From assembly GCA_963666985.2 (NCBI GenBank), contig CAXXIA010000002.1, forward strand, positions 64,001 through 128,000: DNA of 64,000 bases, given 5' to 3'. The translations under genes were made by a program, and so were the position numbers. Position 1 is the stretch's first letter, and the number at the start of each line of letters is the position of its first letter. Origin of the DNA: Spirochaetia bacterium. GTDB taxonomy: Bacteria; Spirochaetota; Spirochaetia; DSM-2461. Below the pieces are notes generated by a model. That model saw nothing but the letters and a program-made list of their open reading frames with translations. It was not told where the DNA came from and did no database searches. Of this stretch, positions 40,174 through 50,100 are shown piece after piece.

Positions 40174-41773
40174 GGTACTTCTTCGGGGGCATCCCTACAT
40201 GTTTTTTGAAGCTGTGACTGAAATAATACACATCCTTGTATCCGCACTTCTCCGCTATCTCGATAATCCGGTCGTCCGAATATTTCAGCAGTTCTTTCGC
40301 TTTATCTATGCGCAGTCCCGTCAGATAAGAAACGAACGTACCTCCCGTGTTTTTCTTAAACAGCAGACTCAAGTACGACACGCTTATTCCGGCGAACTCG
40401 CAAGCGCTTTCCATGCTTAATTCCGTATTCTGATAATTCGCCGCCAAATACGCGATGGCGTTCGCCAGCATTTTGTCCGAATTCGTTCTCTTCGATCGGC
40501 TGTTGTGTTCCCGGAGTTTTAACGCGATCTCTTCAAACCACGCGAAAAGAGGCTCAAGGGCGCTGAAATTGTTCACCGTGTCCAAAACATCACCGCCGTT
40601 CAGTTCCGTAATATCGACTCCGATGGCCGTGGAAAATCCAACGACGATATTCACCAAGCGAAGCATATACAGCCGGAAATCCGAAGGAACCCCTACCGAA
40701 AGGGAGATTTTCTTCTTTTCCGATGCAATCGCGTTCTTCAGTTCCGCATCGCCGCCGAAGCGGACGATATAATCGAGGGACTTCAATTCTTGTTCGCTCA
40801 TCAAAACCGATGAGGTTTCGGTTCCTTCAAGCTGTTCGATATAGACGATCCGGCCGGTGTTGAGAAACCTGCTGTCGTCCAAGGCGCGGCGCGCTTCCAG
40901 GTAAGCGTTCCGCATTTCTCCGAAACCCCGGAAGACCGCGCTCACCCCGATATCGATATCGGCGGCATGGTACATGCGGGATGTCTGCACCGCTTCCATC
41001 AGAGCCTCATCCAGAAGAGAAGAAAATCCTTCGCGGGATTCACGTACGAGAAAAACAATACCGCCGTGATACAGGAAGTGCCGATAGACCAAATGTCTCC
41101 GCTTCAGGATATCCCTGACCGCGGAACGAATTAAGAGCTTCCTGTTTTCCCACCGAAAAACATCCGTGTCACCGCCTTCTTCCACTTGGATAAGAATCAG
41201 TACAGCATTGCCCTCCAAAACGATTCCATGATTCTCAAGCGATCTGACGGAGGCATCCGCACCGGAAGGCGCGTCGGAAAGAATCGACGAGAAATAACTG
41301 TCGATAAGAAAGGGAAGACTTTCCCGATAGCGAAGATCCTGAGCTTCCTGAGCCGATGCCTGCCGAAATTCCTCATCAAGTTCGAGTTTCAGAGAATCGA
41401 GAAAGCGGGAGATATCTCCTTGAGTCAGCGGTTTTGTAAGATAACTCCGAACGCCCAATTCAACAGCTTCGCGGGCGTAATCGAATTCATCGTATCCGGT
41501 AATGAACGCCACGCGAATGGTGGGATATTCTCTTTTTAGAATCGAAGCGAGCTCAATGCCGTCGATAAACGGCATCCGGATGTCCGTGATTACAGCATGC
41601 GGGGCGTGTTTGTCGATAAGTTCAAGGGCGTCATGGCCGTTCCCGGCGGTGCCGACGACGATAAATCCGCTTTCTTCCGAAATCTTCGATGAAATCCGTC
41701 CTCTCACCTCGTCTTCATCGTCAACCAGAATAAGCCTGTAATAATCGTCCTTATCGTCCAAGTTCCCTTCCAT
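40151..41773 (-). CDS. Response regulator with AraC output domain (YesN-like)
   Basis: LVDDE, ITDIRMP, YLTKP; C-terminal GYKDVYYFSHSFKK. Confidence 0.93.
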   Translation of the reverse strand: MEGNLDDKDDYYRLILVDDEDEVRGRISSKISEESGFIVVGTAGNGHDALELIDKHAPHAVITDIRMPFIDGIELASILKREYPTIRVAFITGYDEFDYAREAVELGVRSYLTKPLTQGDISRFLDSLKLELDEEFRQASAQEAQDLRYRESLPFLIDSYFSSILSDAPSGADASVRSLENHGIVLEGNAVLILIQVEEGGDTDVFRWENRKLLIRSAVRDILKRRHLVYRHFLYHGGIVFLVRESREGFSSLLDEALMEAVQTSRMYHAADIDIGVSAVFRGFGEMRNAYLEARRALDDSRFLNTGRIVYIEQLEGTETSSVLMSEQELKSLDYIVRFGGDAELKNAIASEKKKISLSVGVPSDFRLYMLRLVNIVVGFSTAIGVDITELNGGDVLDTVNNFSALEPLFAWFEEIALKLREHNSRSKRTNSDKMLANAIAYLAANYQNTELSMESACEFAGISVSYLSLLFKKNTGGTFVSYLTGLRIDKAKELLKYSDDRIIEIAEKCGYKDVYYFSHSFKKHVGMPPKKYRENQKPD

Positions 41774-41846
41774 GTATTCCGTCAGGATATCAGAGGGGCC
41801 GGACGCGGGAAAGAAAATTTATTCAGGATGAGCCGCTATTCACTCA

Positions 41847-43370
41847 TCACCATGCCAGCCAGTCCCGCCGCTCATCGTTCCAATCGTTATGAAAGAACTC
41901 GCCGGATTTCGGATCGAACCGGTAATCCCGTCCCCAATCGGCGGCATTCGCAAGAGTCTTTGAAACGGCCTCCAGAACCGTTTCCAATTCCCAATCGGTC
42001 ATCGTGGGATGAAGCGACAGTCTCACCCAGCCGGGCTTATGCGTTAAATCGCCCTGACTGATTTCCTCGGTAATGGACGTGGAAAGTCCCCGGGTAACAT
42101 TCAAAAGATAATGACCGTAAGTACCGGCGCAGGAACATCCCCCGCGAACCTGGATTCCGAACCGATCGTTCAAAAGCCGCACCATCAAATTGTGATGAAC
42201 ACCCTCGGCATAAAACGACACAACACCGATACGTTCTTCCTCACCGTCGGCCAGGATATGGATTTGTTCAAAATCCCGAAGTCGGCCCATGGCGGCCGCC
42301 AGCAGTTCCTTCTCCCGCTTCGCTATGTTCTGTGTTCCCATCGCGTTCTTCAGCCGAACGCTCATCGCCGCGCGAATCGCTTGAAGGAATCCGGGAGTGC
42401 CGCCGTCCTCGCGCGCTTCAATATCCGTAACGTAGGAACGTTCGTTCCAGCGGTTGGTCCAGGCCACCGTTCCGCCGCCCGGATTATCGGGCACCCGGTT
42501 TCTGTAAAGCCTTTTATGGAAAACCACAACGCCCGAGCCGCCCGGACCGCCCAAAAACTTATGCGGAGAAAAATACACCGCATCCAGAGCGCCTTCGGGA
42601 TCACCTTCAGGATGCATATCGATATCGACATAAGGCGCCGAAGCGGCAAAATCCACGAAAGCCACACCGCCGCCGCGGTGCATGATGCGCGCAAGCTCCC
42701 TGTAATCGGGAATGATGCCGCTCACGTTGGAAGCCGCCGTGAACGCACCGATTTTCAGCTTTCTCTCGGCATATTTCTCCAGCTCGTCTTCCAGCAGGGC
42801 CGGTTCCACAAGATTGTTCCCGCCCGGAGGAATCACGATAACGTCGGCGATGGTTTCCAGCCAGGAAATGTGGTTGGAATGGTGCTCCATGTGCGTTACG
42901 AAAACCACGGGACGTTCTTTATCGTCCATTGCGCCGCCTCCGGCCTCTTCCCGCCGCCGGGGAAGTCCCAGTGAAAAATCCTGGCTTCGCTCGGGAACTC
43001 GGATTCCCATGATGCGCTGAAGCTTGTTCACCACGGCGGTCATGCCGAAACCGGCGGTGAGAATCACGTCCTCCGGACCGGCGTTCACATGTTTTTTCAG
43101 CTCCGAATGAGCCTGATGATAGGCCTCGGTCATGGCCCGGCCCGTGGTTGAAGATTCCGAATGAGTGTTGCCGACCATCGGTCCGACGGCTTTAAGCATG
43201 TGCTCTTCTATGGGTGTATAGAGACGGCCGGAGGCGATCCAATCCGCGTAAATCAGCGGCCGGAGGCCATAGGGCGTTTGAATCTCGGCGTTAATTCCAA
43301 TGATGCCGTTCCTGTATGGTTGAAAATAATCTTCCAGTGTACTCACTGCCTTTTTTCCTTTGGAAATCAT
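41847..43370 (-). CDS. Class V PLP-dependent enzyme (cysteine desulfurase/selenocysteine lyase-like)
   Basis: YADWIASGR, MEHHSN, DFAASAP, FSPHKFLGGPG, RGGCSCAG; alternative GTG start at 43346. Confidence 0.9.
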   Translation of the reverse strand: MISKGKKAVSTLEDYFQPYRNGIIGINAEIQTPYGLRPLIYADWIASGRLYTPIEEHMLKAVGPMVGNTHSESSTTGRAMTEAYHQAHSELKKHVNAGPEDVILTAGFGMTAVVNKLQRIMGIRVPERSQDFSLGLPRRREEAGGGAMDDKERPVVFVTHMEHHSNHISWLETIADVIVIPPGGNNLVEPALLEDELEKYAERKLKIGAFTAASNVSGIIPDYRELARIMHRGGGVAFVDFAASAPYVDIDMHPEGDPEGALDAVYFSPHKFLGGPGGSGVVVFHKRLYRNRVPDNPGGGTVAWTNRWNERSYVTDIEAREDGGTPGFLQAIRAAMSVRLKNAMGTQNIAKREKELLAAAMGRLRDFEQIHILADGEEERIGVVSFYAEGVHHNLMVRLLNDRFGIQVRGGCSCAGTYGHYLLNVTRGLSTSITEEISQGDLTHKPGWVRLSLHPTMTDWELETVLEAVSKTLANAADWGRDYRFDPKSGEFFHNDWNDERRDWLAW

Positions 43371-43651
43371 CTCTTTATGGATGGCGGGTATTTTGATAAG
43401 AGCACTTTATGACGGTTGGCGCAATTCCGGAAGACCTTTGCGGATGTGTCCGCCGAAACCGACATTTTGGTAGTATTTTCAATATCAACCTTCAAAGATG
43501 TACGATAAATCATTTTCAAGCCCCGACAGAACTCCTTTCCCAACAAAAAATATGCTTTTGGCATAGTAAATGCTAAATCAATTATCAAAACGCAATAATC
43601 GTAAGAGTTCCTTGTTTCACAAACGGAACCCACAGCGAGAAGGAACATCAT

Positions 43652-44716
43652 GTGAACATTTCCATTCAGCCGTGCGGCACACCTCAGCAAAAACCGGATG
43701 AGAAAAATCTCGGTTTCGCCAAGACATTCTCGGACCATATGTTCCGAATGCAATACACCGAAGAGAAAGGATGGCATGATCATTCCATCGTTCCCTACGG
43801 TGATCTCCGCCTGGATCCGGCGTCCATGGTTCTCCACTATGCCCAGGAAGTTTTTGAAGGATTGAAGGCCTACCGCGGAAAGAACGGCAAGATTTTTCTG
43901 TTTCGCCCGGAAATGAACGCCCGAAGGATGAATGCCTCCAACCGCCGGATGTGCATGCCGGAAATTCCGGAAGAGATGTTTATCGAAGCGGTAAAGGCGC
44001 TGGTGGCTCATGATGCCGATTGGGTTCCGAGCGAACCTGAGACGTCCCTGTATATCCGGCCGTTCCTATTCGGCACCACAAAGACTCTGGCGGTGCACCC
44101 GGCCAAAGACTACACCTTTCTCATTATCACCACTCCGGTCGGCGCTTATTACGAATCCGGAGTCAATCCCGTGAAAATCTATGTGGAAGACACTTATGTG
44201 CGCGCCGTTGAAGGGGGAACCGGCTTTACCAAATGCGGCGGGAATTACGCGGCATCCCTGCTGGCTCAAAAAAAAGCGGAGGAAGCCGGTTTCGCCCAGG
44301 TGCTCTGGCTGGACGGTATTGAAAAGAAATACATCGAGGAAGTGGGAACCATGAACGTTATGTTCAAGGTGGATGATGAAATCATTACCGCTCCCGCCGG
44401 TGAATCCATCCTTCCCGGAGTAACGCGAGATTCCTGCATCACGATTCTTAAGGACTGGGGATACAAAGTTACCGAGCGCAAAATGCCCATTGACGAGCTG
44501 ATGGATCATGCCCGTTCAGGCAGACTGAAAGAAGTCTTCGGTACGGGAACCGCGGCCGTAATCTCTCCTGTCGGACTTCTTCGCTTCAAGGACGAGGAAG
44601 TAACCGTAAACAACTTTCAGAGCGGAGATCTCACGCTTCGGCTTTATAACCATCTGACCGGCATCCAATGGGAAAACATCGAAGATTCCTACGGCTGGAT
44701 GCGGGAAATCACCTGA
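43652..44716 (+). CDS. ilvE: Branched-chain amino acid aminotransferase
   Basis: FEGLKAY, LYIRP, KCGGNYAAS, EEVGTMN, ILPGVTR, GTGTAAVISP. Confidence 0.95.
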   Translation: MNISIQPCGTPQQKPDEKNLGFAKTFSDHMFRMQYTEEKGWHDHSIVPYGDLRLDPASMVLHYAQEVFEGLKAYRGKNGKIFLFRPEMNARRMNASNRRMCMPEIPEEMFIEAVKALVAHDADWVPSEPETSLYIRPFLFGTTKTLAVHPAKDYTFLIITTPVGAYYESGVNPVKIYVEDTYVRAVEGGTGFTKCGGNYAASLLAQKKAEEAGFAQVLWLDGIEKKYIEEVGTMNVMFKVDDEIITAPAGESILPGVTRDSCITILKDWGYKVTERKMPIDELMDHARSGRLKEVFGTGTAAVISPVGLLRFKDEEVTVNNFQSGDLTLRLYNHLTGIQWENIEDSYGWMREIT

Positions 44717-44779
44717 AAAAGCATTCAGCGCGGCGGCATGGCCGCCGGAAAACCATGTTCATAATTTTGGAGGGATATC

Positions 44780-45529
44780 ATGTCGTACGGGCTTTGGAAT
44801 CAATTAAAGGAACTGCAGTCACCGAAATACAAATGGGTGGATCTGACTCATGCCTTCGGTGCCGACACACCGCGCTGGCCGGGATTCAAACCTATGGATT
44901 ACACCATTCTTTTCGACCTGGACCAGGCGCCCATGAAAGTGCAGCAATTCACATTTCCCGGTCAGTACGGAACCCATGTGGATGCTCCGGGACATTTTCA
45001 TGCCGGAGGACGGCTTGTCGATGAAATCAAAGTGAATGAATTCATCTATCCGCTGTGCGTTATCGACGTGAGTAAAAAAGCCGAAGAAAATAATTCTTAC
45101 GCCCTGAGCGTGGAGGATATCAAGGAATTCGAAAAAGAATTCGGAACAATCCCCGAAGGATCGTTCGTGGCCATGCGGACCGACTGGTATAAGAGGTGGC
45201 CGAATCAGGATAAAGCTCAGAACTGGATAGCCGAAGGTCAGGCCTGCTATCCGGGCTGGAGCATGGAAGCCCTTGAGTTTCTCTTTGAAGAACGGAACGT
45301 TGGCGCGGTAGGCCATGAAGGGTTCGATACGGATCCTCCCACCTTGGAGAGTCAGGCGCCGTTTAAAGGCGAAGGCTATGTCCTTTCAAAGGATAAATTC
45401 CAGATTGAAGTGATGGCGAATCTTGATGCGGTTCCTCCGGTAGGCTCGGTGATTTTCTGCACCTTCCCCAAGGTGAAGGGTGCTACCGGTTTCCCGGCCC
45501 GCTGTTTCGCCGTGGCTCCCGCCGAATAA
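44780..45529 (+). CDS. Cyclase family metal-dependent hydrolase (kynurenine formamidase-like)
   Basis: VDLTH, GTHVDAPGHF, PGWS, QIE...NLD, GFPARCFA. Confidence 0.88.
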   Translation: MSYGLWNQLKELQSPKYKWVDLTHAFGADTPRWPGFKPMDYTILFDLDQAPMKVQQFTFPGQYGTHVDAPGHFHAGGRLVDEIKVNEFIYPLCVIDVSKKAEENNSYALSVEDIKEFEKEFGTIPEGSFVAMRTDWYKRWPNQDKAQNWIAEGQACYPGWSMEALEFLFEERNVGAVGHEGFDTDPPTLESQAPFKGEGYVLSKDKFQIEVMANLDAVPPVGSVIFCTFPKVKGATGFPARCFAVAPAE

Positions 45530-45651
45530 AATATTCTAAACATCGATTGGGTAGCCCGGTCCGTTCCGGACTGGTAGTATGAAACTCATGCCGGTGATGA
45601 AAGCTCATATCGGCGCCGGCTTTTTATCAACGCATTTTTTTAGAGGACGCC

Positions 45652-46557
45652 ATGAACATCAATGACATTGCCGTTCTGGGTGCCGGAGCCATCGGCGCCT
45701 CGGTTATTCATCAATTAAGAAAATACAGCTCCACTTCAAACTTTAAAGGGAGCATATCCGTTATTGCCGAAGGAGAAAGAGCGGAGCGCTACAAACGCGA
45801 CGGTTTGAAAGTGAACGGTGAAATCCTGACTCCCCCCATTGTTTCGGAAGGGGATTTCGACCTGATTATCCTGGCGACGAAATCCTATCATCTGGATGCA
45901 GCCTTATCCCTTATGGATTCCTGTATCGGGGAAAAAACACTGCTGATGAGCTTGCTGAACGGCATCGCCAGCGAAGGAATCCTCGGTGAACGCTACGGGC
46001 ATGAGAGAGTTATCCCCGCAATGATTCTGGGTATCGACGCCCAAAATAATGAAAACGGGATTCATTACACCAACGACGGGGTGATTCATTACGGCCCCAA
46101 TCCGGTCTGTGAAAATCAGAAGCAGGCGGTTGAGGCCATCGACAGGTGGTTCATCGATTCGGGCCTTGCCTTCATAAAAAGCACCGATATAACCAAAACC
46201 CTCTGGCAAAAATTCATGATCAATGTCGGTGCCAATCAGGCTTCCGCCTATTATAAAGCGCCCTTTGGAGAACTGCAGAGAGATACAAAAGCCCGCAAGC
46301 TGATGCTTGATGCCATCAATGAAGTAATCGCTCTCTCACAGCTTGAAAAAACCGGACTGACTCGGGCCGACATTGACGATTGGGAAAAAATCCTTCAAAC
46401 ACTCAATCCCGAAAGCAAAACCTCCATGGCCCAGGATGCCACGGCCGGCAGAAAAACGGAGGTGGATCTCTTTGCCGGAACCGTCGTGGCCCTGGCGGAA
46501 AAACACGGACTGGAGGTTCCCGTAAACCGCATGCTTTTGGAAAAACTGGGAAATTAG
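45652..46557 (+). CDS. panE: Ketopantoate reductase family protein
   Basis: VLGAGAIG, ATKSY, LLNGI, WQKFMIN, TSMAQD...GRKTEVD, VPVN. Confidence 0.82.
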   Translation: MNINDIAVLGAGAIGASVIHQLRKYSSTSNFKGSISVIAEGERAERYKRDGLKVNGEILTPPIVSEGDFDLIILATKSYHLDAALSLMDSCIGEKTLLMSLLNGIASEGILGERYGHERVIPAMILGIDAQNNENGIHYTNDGVIHYGPNPVCENQKQAVEAIDRWFIDSGLAFIKSTDITKTLWQKFMINVGANQASAYYKAPFGELQRDTKARKLMLDAINEVIALSQLEKTGLTRADIDDWEKILQTLNPESKTSMAQDATAGRKTEVDLFAGTVVALAEKHGLEVPVNRMLLEKLGN

Positions 46558-46637
46558 AAACTTTTTCCGTTCAAATCCTTTCAAAAACGGCAGGAACAAT
46601 CCGAACTCCATTTCGGTGAAGAAATATCTTGCCTCCC

Positions 46638-46687
46638 TTGGGAAACGGATTCCAAACGGATCAATCCGCTTCCCAACGAGTCTTTTT
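46638..46687 (+). terminator. Putative intrinsic terminator after the panE-like gene
   Basis: TTGGGAAACGGATT...AATCCGCTTCCCAA inverted repeat followed by a T-run. Confidence 0.45.
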
Positions 46688-46711
46688 CGGAAGCTTCCGG
46701 CACGCGAAGAC

Positions 46712-46760
46712 TTGACATTTCAGTTCTATTTTACTACATATGAATATATGTTCATATGTA
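46712..46760 (+). promoter_or_regulatory. Promoter -35 plus ArsR/SmtB-type operator
   Basis: TTGACA at 46712-46717; inverted repeat TACATATGAA-TATATG-TTCATATGTA (46735-46760) with the TGAA-N6-TTCA core typical of SmtB/CzrA sites. Confidence 0.85.
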
Positions 46761-47127
46761 CACGGGTAAAACGATGACGGAACAAAACTGGTGCCGAATC
46801 AATTCGGAAACGGCCGATAAACTTCGAGAAGAGATGCCGATTGAAGAAGAAGTTCAAGATTTGGCCTCTTTATTCAAGGTTTTCGGCGATCCGACGCGAA
46901 TCCGCATCCTGAACATACTTCAGCATAAACCGCTCTGCGTTCACGATCTTTCCATACTGCTGGAGATGCAGCAGACCGCCGTTTCTCATCAGTTGAAAGT
47001 GCTGAGGCACAACCGGCTGGTTCGATTTTATAGGGAAGGAAAAATGGCGATCTACTCACTAAACGACGAGCATATTGAACGGCTGATGTCCATCGGCATC
47101 GAACATATTAAGGAAATCTATTCATGA
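46756..47127 (+). CDS. ArsR/SmtB metal-sensing repressor
   Basis: FKVFGDPTRIRIL, LCVHDL, AVSHQL, alpha5 site DEH...HIKE; alternative start at 46774. Confidence 0.93.
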   Translation: MYTGKTMTEQNWCRINSETADKLREEMPIEEEVQDLASLFKVFGDPTRIRILNILQHKPLCVHDLSILLEMQQTAVSHQLKVLRHNRLVRFYREGKMAIYSLNDEHIERLMSIGIEHIKEIYS

Positions 47128-48407
47128 CGACATTTCTGACCGACCTCGGTCTTTCAACATTGAACCTCTTTGTAGAAATAGCGAAATATCTGATTTTAGG
47201 ACTCTCGGTCGCGGGGATTATGAGTGTTCTGATCAGCAAAGCCTTTGTGGCGCGCCATATCGGCAAAGATAATTTCGCATCCGTTTTAAAAGCCTCGCTG
47301 CTGGGAGTTCCCCTCCCCCTCTGTTCCTGCGGAGTGGTGCCCACCGCCGCTTATTTGCGCCGTTCCGGTGCTTCCCGCCCGGCGCTCATGGGGTTTCTCA
47401 TTTCCACGCCTCAAACAGGAATGGACAGCATTTTCGCCACATACGGCATGCTCGGACCTTTATTCGCGATTTTTCGTCCGCTTGCCGCCCTCTTAACGGG
47501 ACTTCTCGGCGGTGCGATATCGATGCTGGCCGGAGGTAAAGAATCCGAGGAAGGGAAACTCCGGGAAGAAAGCACGGAGGATCAGGAAACCCGAGGATTG
47601 CCGGAGAAAGTTCGCGCTGCCGTCACCTATGCATTCGGAGAAGCTGTGGACGACATCTCGGTGCATTTTCTGGTAGGACTCTTCATCGCCGGTCTCATTA
47701 CCGTTCTCATTCCGGACGATTTTTTCGCCGGACGCATGATCGGAAGCGGTCTGCCCGCCATGCTGCTGATGGTGGCTATCGGCATTCCGATGTATGTCTG
47801 CTCCACATCCAGCATTCCAATCGCCGTGGCTTTGATTGCCAAAGGAATCAGTCCCGGGGCGGCCTATGTTTTTCTGGTGGCCGGTCCTGCGACGAACGCG
47901 GCATCTCTTGCGATTTTGACGAAGGTGCTTGGAAAACGGCAGACGATTCTCTACGTGCTGAGCATTATCATCGGCAGTCTCATGTTCGGTCCGCTGATGG
48001 ATTTCATCATTCGCATCACGGGCGGAATGCCGCCTGTAATGAGTGCGCATATGCATTCGGCCGGATTCACATGGTTCGACTATACTCTGGCGGGCTTTCT
48101 GACCCTCCTGATTCTGATTTCATTAGCAAGGAGATTTATACACATGAACAAAACGAGAACCGACCGCGATGCTTCGCACCGGAATGCGGATGATTCCAGA
48201 GAGTTCACCATAGACGGGATGTCATGTCATCACTGCGCGGCCAATGTGGAAAGCGCGCTGAAAGAGATTCCGGGAATCAAGACCGTTCAGGTAGATCTTG
48301 AGGCCAAACGCGCCGTTCTTACCGGGGATGCGGAAGATGCGCTGATTCATCAGGCGATTCACAATGCCGGATATACGGTCGTAGAACACCCATCTTCGGG
48401 AAAATAG
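47124..48407 (+). CDS. DUF318/SO_0444-type metal permease with C-terminal HMA domain
   Basis: PLPLCSCGVVP, FLISTPQTG, PMYVCST, GPATN; C-terminal GMSCHHC. Confidence 0.88.
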   Translation: MTTFLTDLGLSTLNLFVEIAKYLILGLSVAGIMSVLISKAFVARHIGKDNFASVLKASLLGVPLPLCSCGVVPTAAYLRRSGASRPALMGFLISTPQTGMDSIFATYGMLGPLFAIFRPLAALLTGLLGGAISMLAGGKESEEGKLREESTEDQETRGLPEKVRAAVTYAFGEAVDDISVHFLVGLFIAGLITVLIPDDFFAGRMIGSGLPAMLLMVAIGIPMYVCSTSSIPIAVALIAKGISPGAAYVFLVAGPATNAASLAILTKVLGKRQTILYVLSIIIGSLMFGPLMDFIIRITGGMPPVMSAHMHSAGFTWFDYTLAGFLTLLILISLARRFIHMNKTRTDRDASHRNADDSREFTIDGMSCHHCAANVESALKEIPGIKTVQVDLEAKRAVLTGDAEDALIHQAIHNAGYTVVEHPSSGK

Positions 48408-48476
48408 CGGCGGTGATGCCAAGGACGCGGCGCCCAAACACTTTAATACGAGCCGGATTCCGCCGGACGCCGCATT

Positions 48477-49817
48477 TTACCGTCCCTGCCGTACTCCGCG
48501 GTAGGCCGCGAAATCGATCCAATCGATTGCAAGCGGAGAATCGGGCATTTCCCCTTTCCTGTATAAGAAACACTTGCCCGACTCCAGAACCTTATCAAGT
48601 ACATTCCAGGCAAGTTCCGTTTCCTGGGCACCGACATACAGGGTTCGATCACCGGCCAGAGCGTCGGTGAGAAGTCTTTGATAGGCGTCTTCCACCACCG
48701 GAGGGCCGAAAGCATCGGAAAGACTGAAATCCAAACGGCTCTGGGCGATGTCCCGATCGGTTCCCGGAACCTTCACCGTATAATCGATAATAATTCCCGT
48801 CGTGGGCTGAATCTGAAAAATAATCCGATTCGGGGATAAGCCGCCGGAAGCGTTATACAGCAGCTTGGGAAGATTTTTAAAGCGGATGCCGATTTCCGTT
48901 CCCTTTTCTCCCATGGCCTTCCCGGTTCTCACATAAATAGGAACGCCTTCCCACCGGAAATTCCGGATGCGCATTTCCATTTCCACAAAGGTCTCGGTTT
49001 TTGAATCCGGTGCCACATTGGGTTCCTTTCGGTAGCCTTCGTACTGTCCCCGGGCGAATCGGACAACTTCCAGTGCTTTGAGAACACTTGTCTTTTGAAT
49101 GCGGATTTCTTCCGGATCCAGACTTAAAGGGGCTTCCATGGTCATCAGCGCCAGCATCTGGATTAAATGATTCTGAACCATGTCCCTGATAACACCGGCC
49201 TCGTCGAAATACTCGCCCCGGCTCTCTACGCCCAGTACTTCGGATGCGTTAATCTGTATCGATTCGATATAACTGGAATTCCACGTCGGATAGAACAAAC
49301 TGTTCGCGAACCGAAAAACCAAGATGTTCTGTACCGCTTCCTTGGCCAGATAATGGTCGATGCGGAAAATCTTTTCTTCGGGGAAATTCTCGGCGAGGCG
49401 CCTGTTGAGTTCCAGGGCGCTCCGGGCGTCGTATCCGAAGGGCTTCTCCACGATTATTCGCGTTTCATCGCCGAAGCCTTCCTCCCGGAGAGCCGCGGCC
49501 GTGTCGGCATACACCTTCGGGGGAAGAGAGAAGAACACGATAATCGTCTTGAACTTCCCTAACGTATCCAGATAAGTACGCAGCCCTGTCATCCCGGTGT
49601 GATAATGAAGCAGCGGCGCGATCGAATCCGAAGCGCGGACATGCTTGCGAAATTCTTCGTCCGTGAATTCCCGGCGGCCGGATCCGACGATGAAACAGCC
49701 TTTCCCGATGTGACCGTTCTGTTTAAGGGAATCAAGCGCCGGAATCAGTTTACGGTGAGCCAGATCTCCCGAAGCGCCGAGGATGACAATGGCCGAATCC
49801 GTAACCGATGCTTTCAT
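48477..49817 (-). CDS. zwf: Glucose-6-phosphate 1-dehydrogenase
   Basis: GASGDLA, VEKPFG, RIDHYLAKE, RDMVQNH, WEGVP.YVRTGK; AGGGAG RBS before the ATG at 49817. Confidence 0.94.
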   Translation of the reverse strand: MKASVTDSAIVILGASGDLAHRKLIPALDSLKQNGHIGKGCFIVGSGRREFTDEEFRKHVRASDSIAPLLHYHTGMTGLRTYLDTLGKFKTIIVFFSLPPKVYADTAAALREEGFGDETRIIVEKPFGYDARSALELNRRLAENFPEEKIFRIDHYLAKEAVQNILVFRFANSLFYPTWNSSYIESIQINASEVLGVESRGEYFDEAGVIRDMVQNHLIQMLALMTMEAPLSLDPEEIRIQKTSVLKALEVVRFARGQYEGYRKEPNVAPDSKTETFVEMEMRIRNFRWEGVPIYVRTGKAMGEKGTEIGIRFKNLPKLLYNASGGLSPNRIIFQIQPTTGIIIDYTVKVPGTDRDIAQSRLDFSLSDAFGPPVVEDAYQRLLTDALAGDRTLYVGAQETELAWNVLDKVLESGKCFLYRKGEMPDSPLAIDWIDFAAYRGVRQGR

Positions 49818-50100
49818 GAACACTCCCTAAGGCAGCACGGAATCCGGCGGCCCGACCGATAAGGTGAATTATAAGATCAGATTTTTTCCTGTTTGTGACA
49901 AGTGCCGTCTAAATTAAGTGTGTTTACCATAACCGGCCGCCGCCCGATTTCAAGGTGCAATTCCCGCAATATTCCCTATCGCCGGGTACCGCGGAGTCTG
50001 TCTGCATCAGGCATATGCCGAACCGGCGATGGGACCGCCGGCTCTTTTACCGTAAAAAAGGCACCCTGCCTTACCGGTTCACTCAGGCGGACAATGAAAT

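Noticed and set aside
43371..43651. Possible T-box or attenuator upstream of ilvE
   Set aside because: No T-box consensus, terminator or Leu/Ile/Val-rich leader peptide seen.
45530..45651. Possible riboswitch or ribozyme upstream of the panE-like gene
   Set aside because: Hairpins and a T-run are present, but there is no hammerhead CUGAUGA core or recognisable aptamer; a plain terminator explains it.
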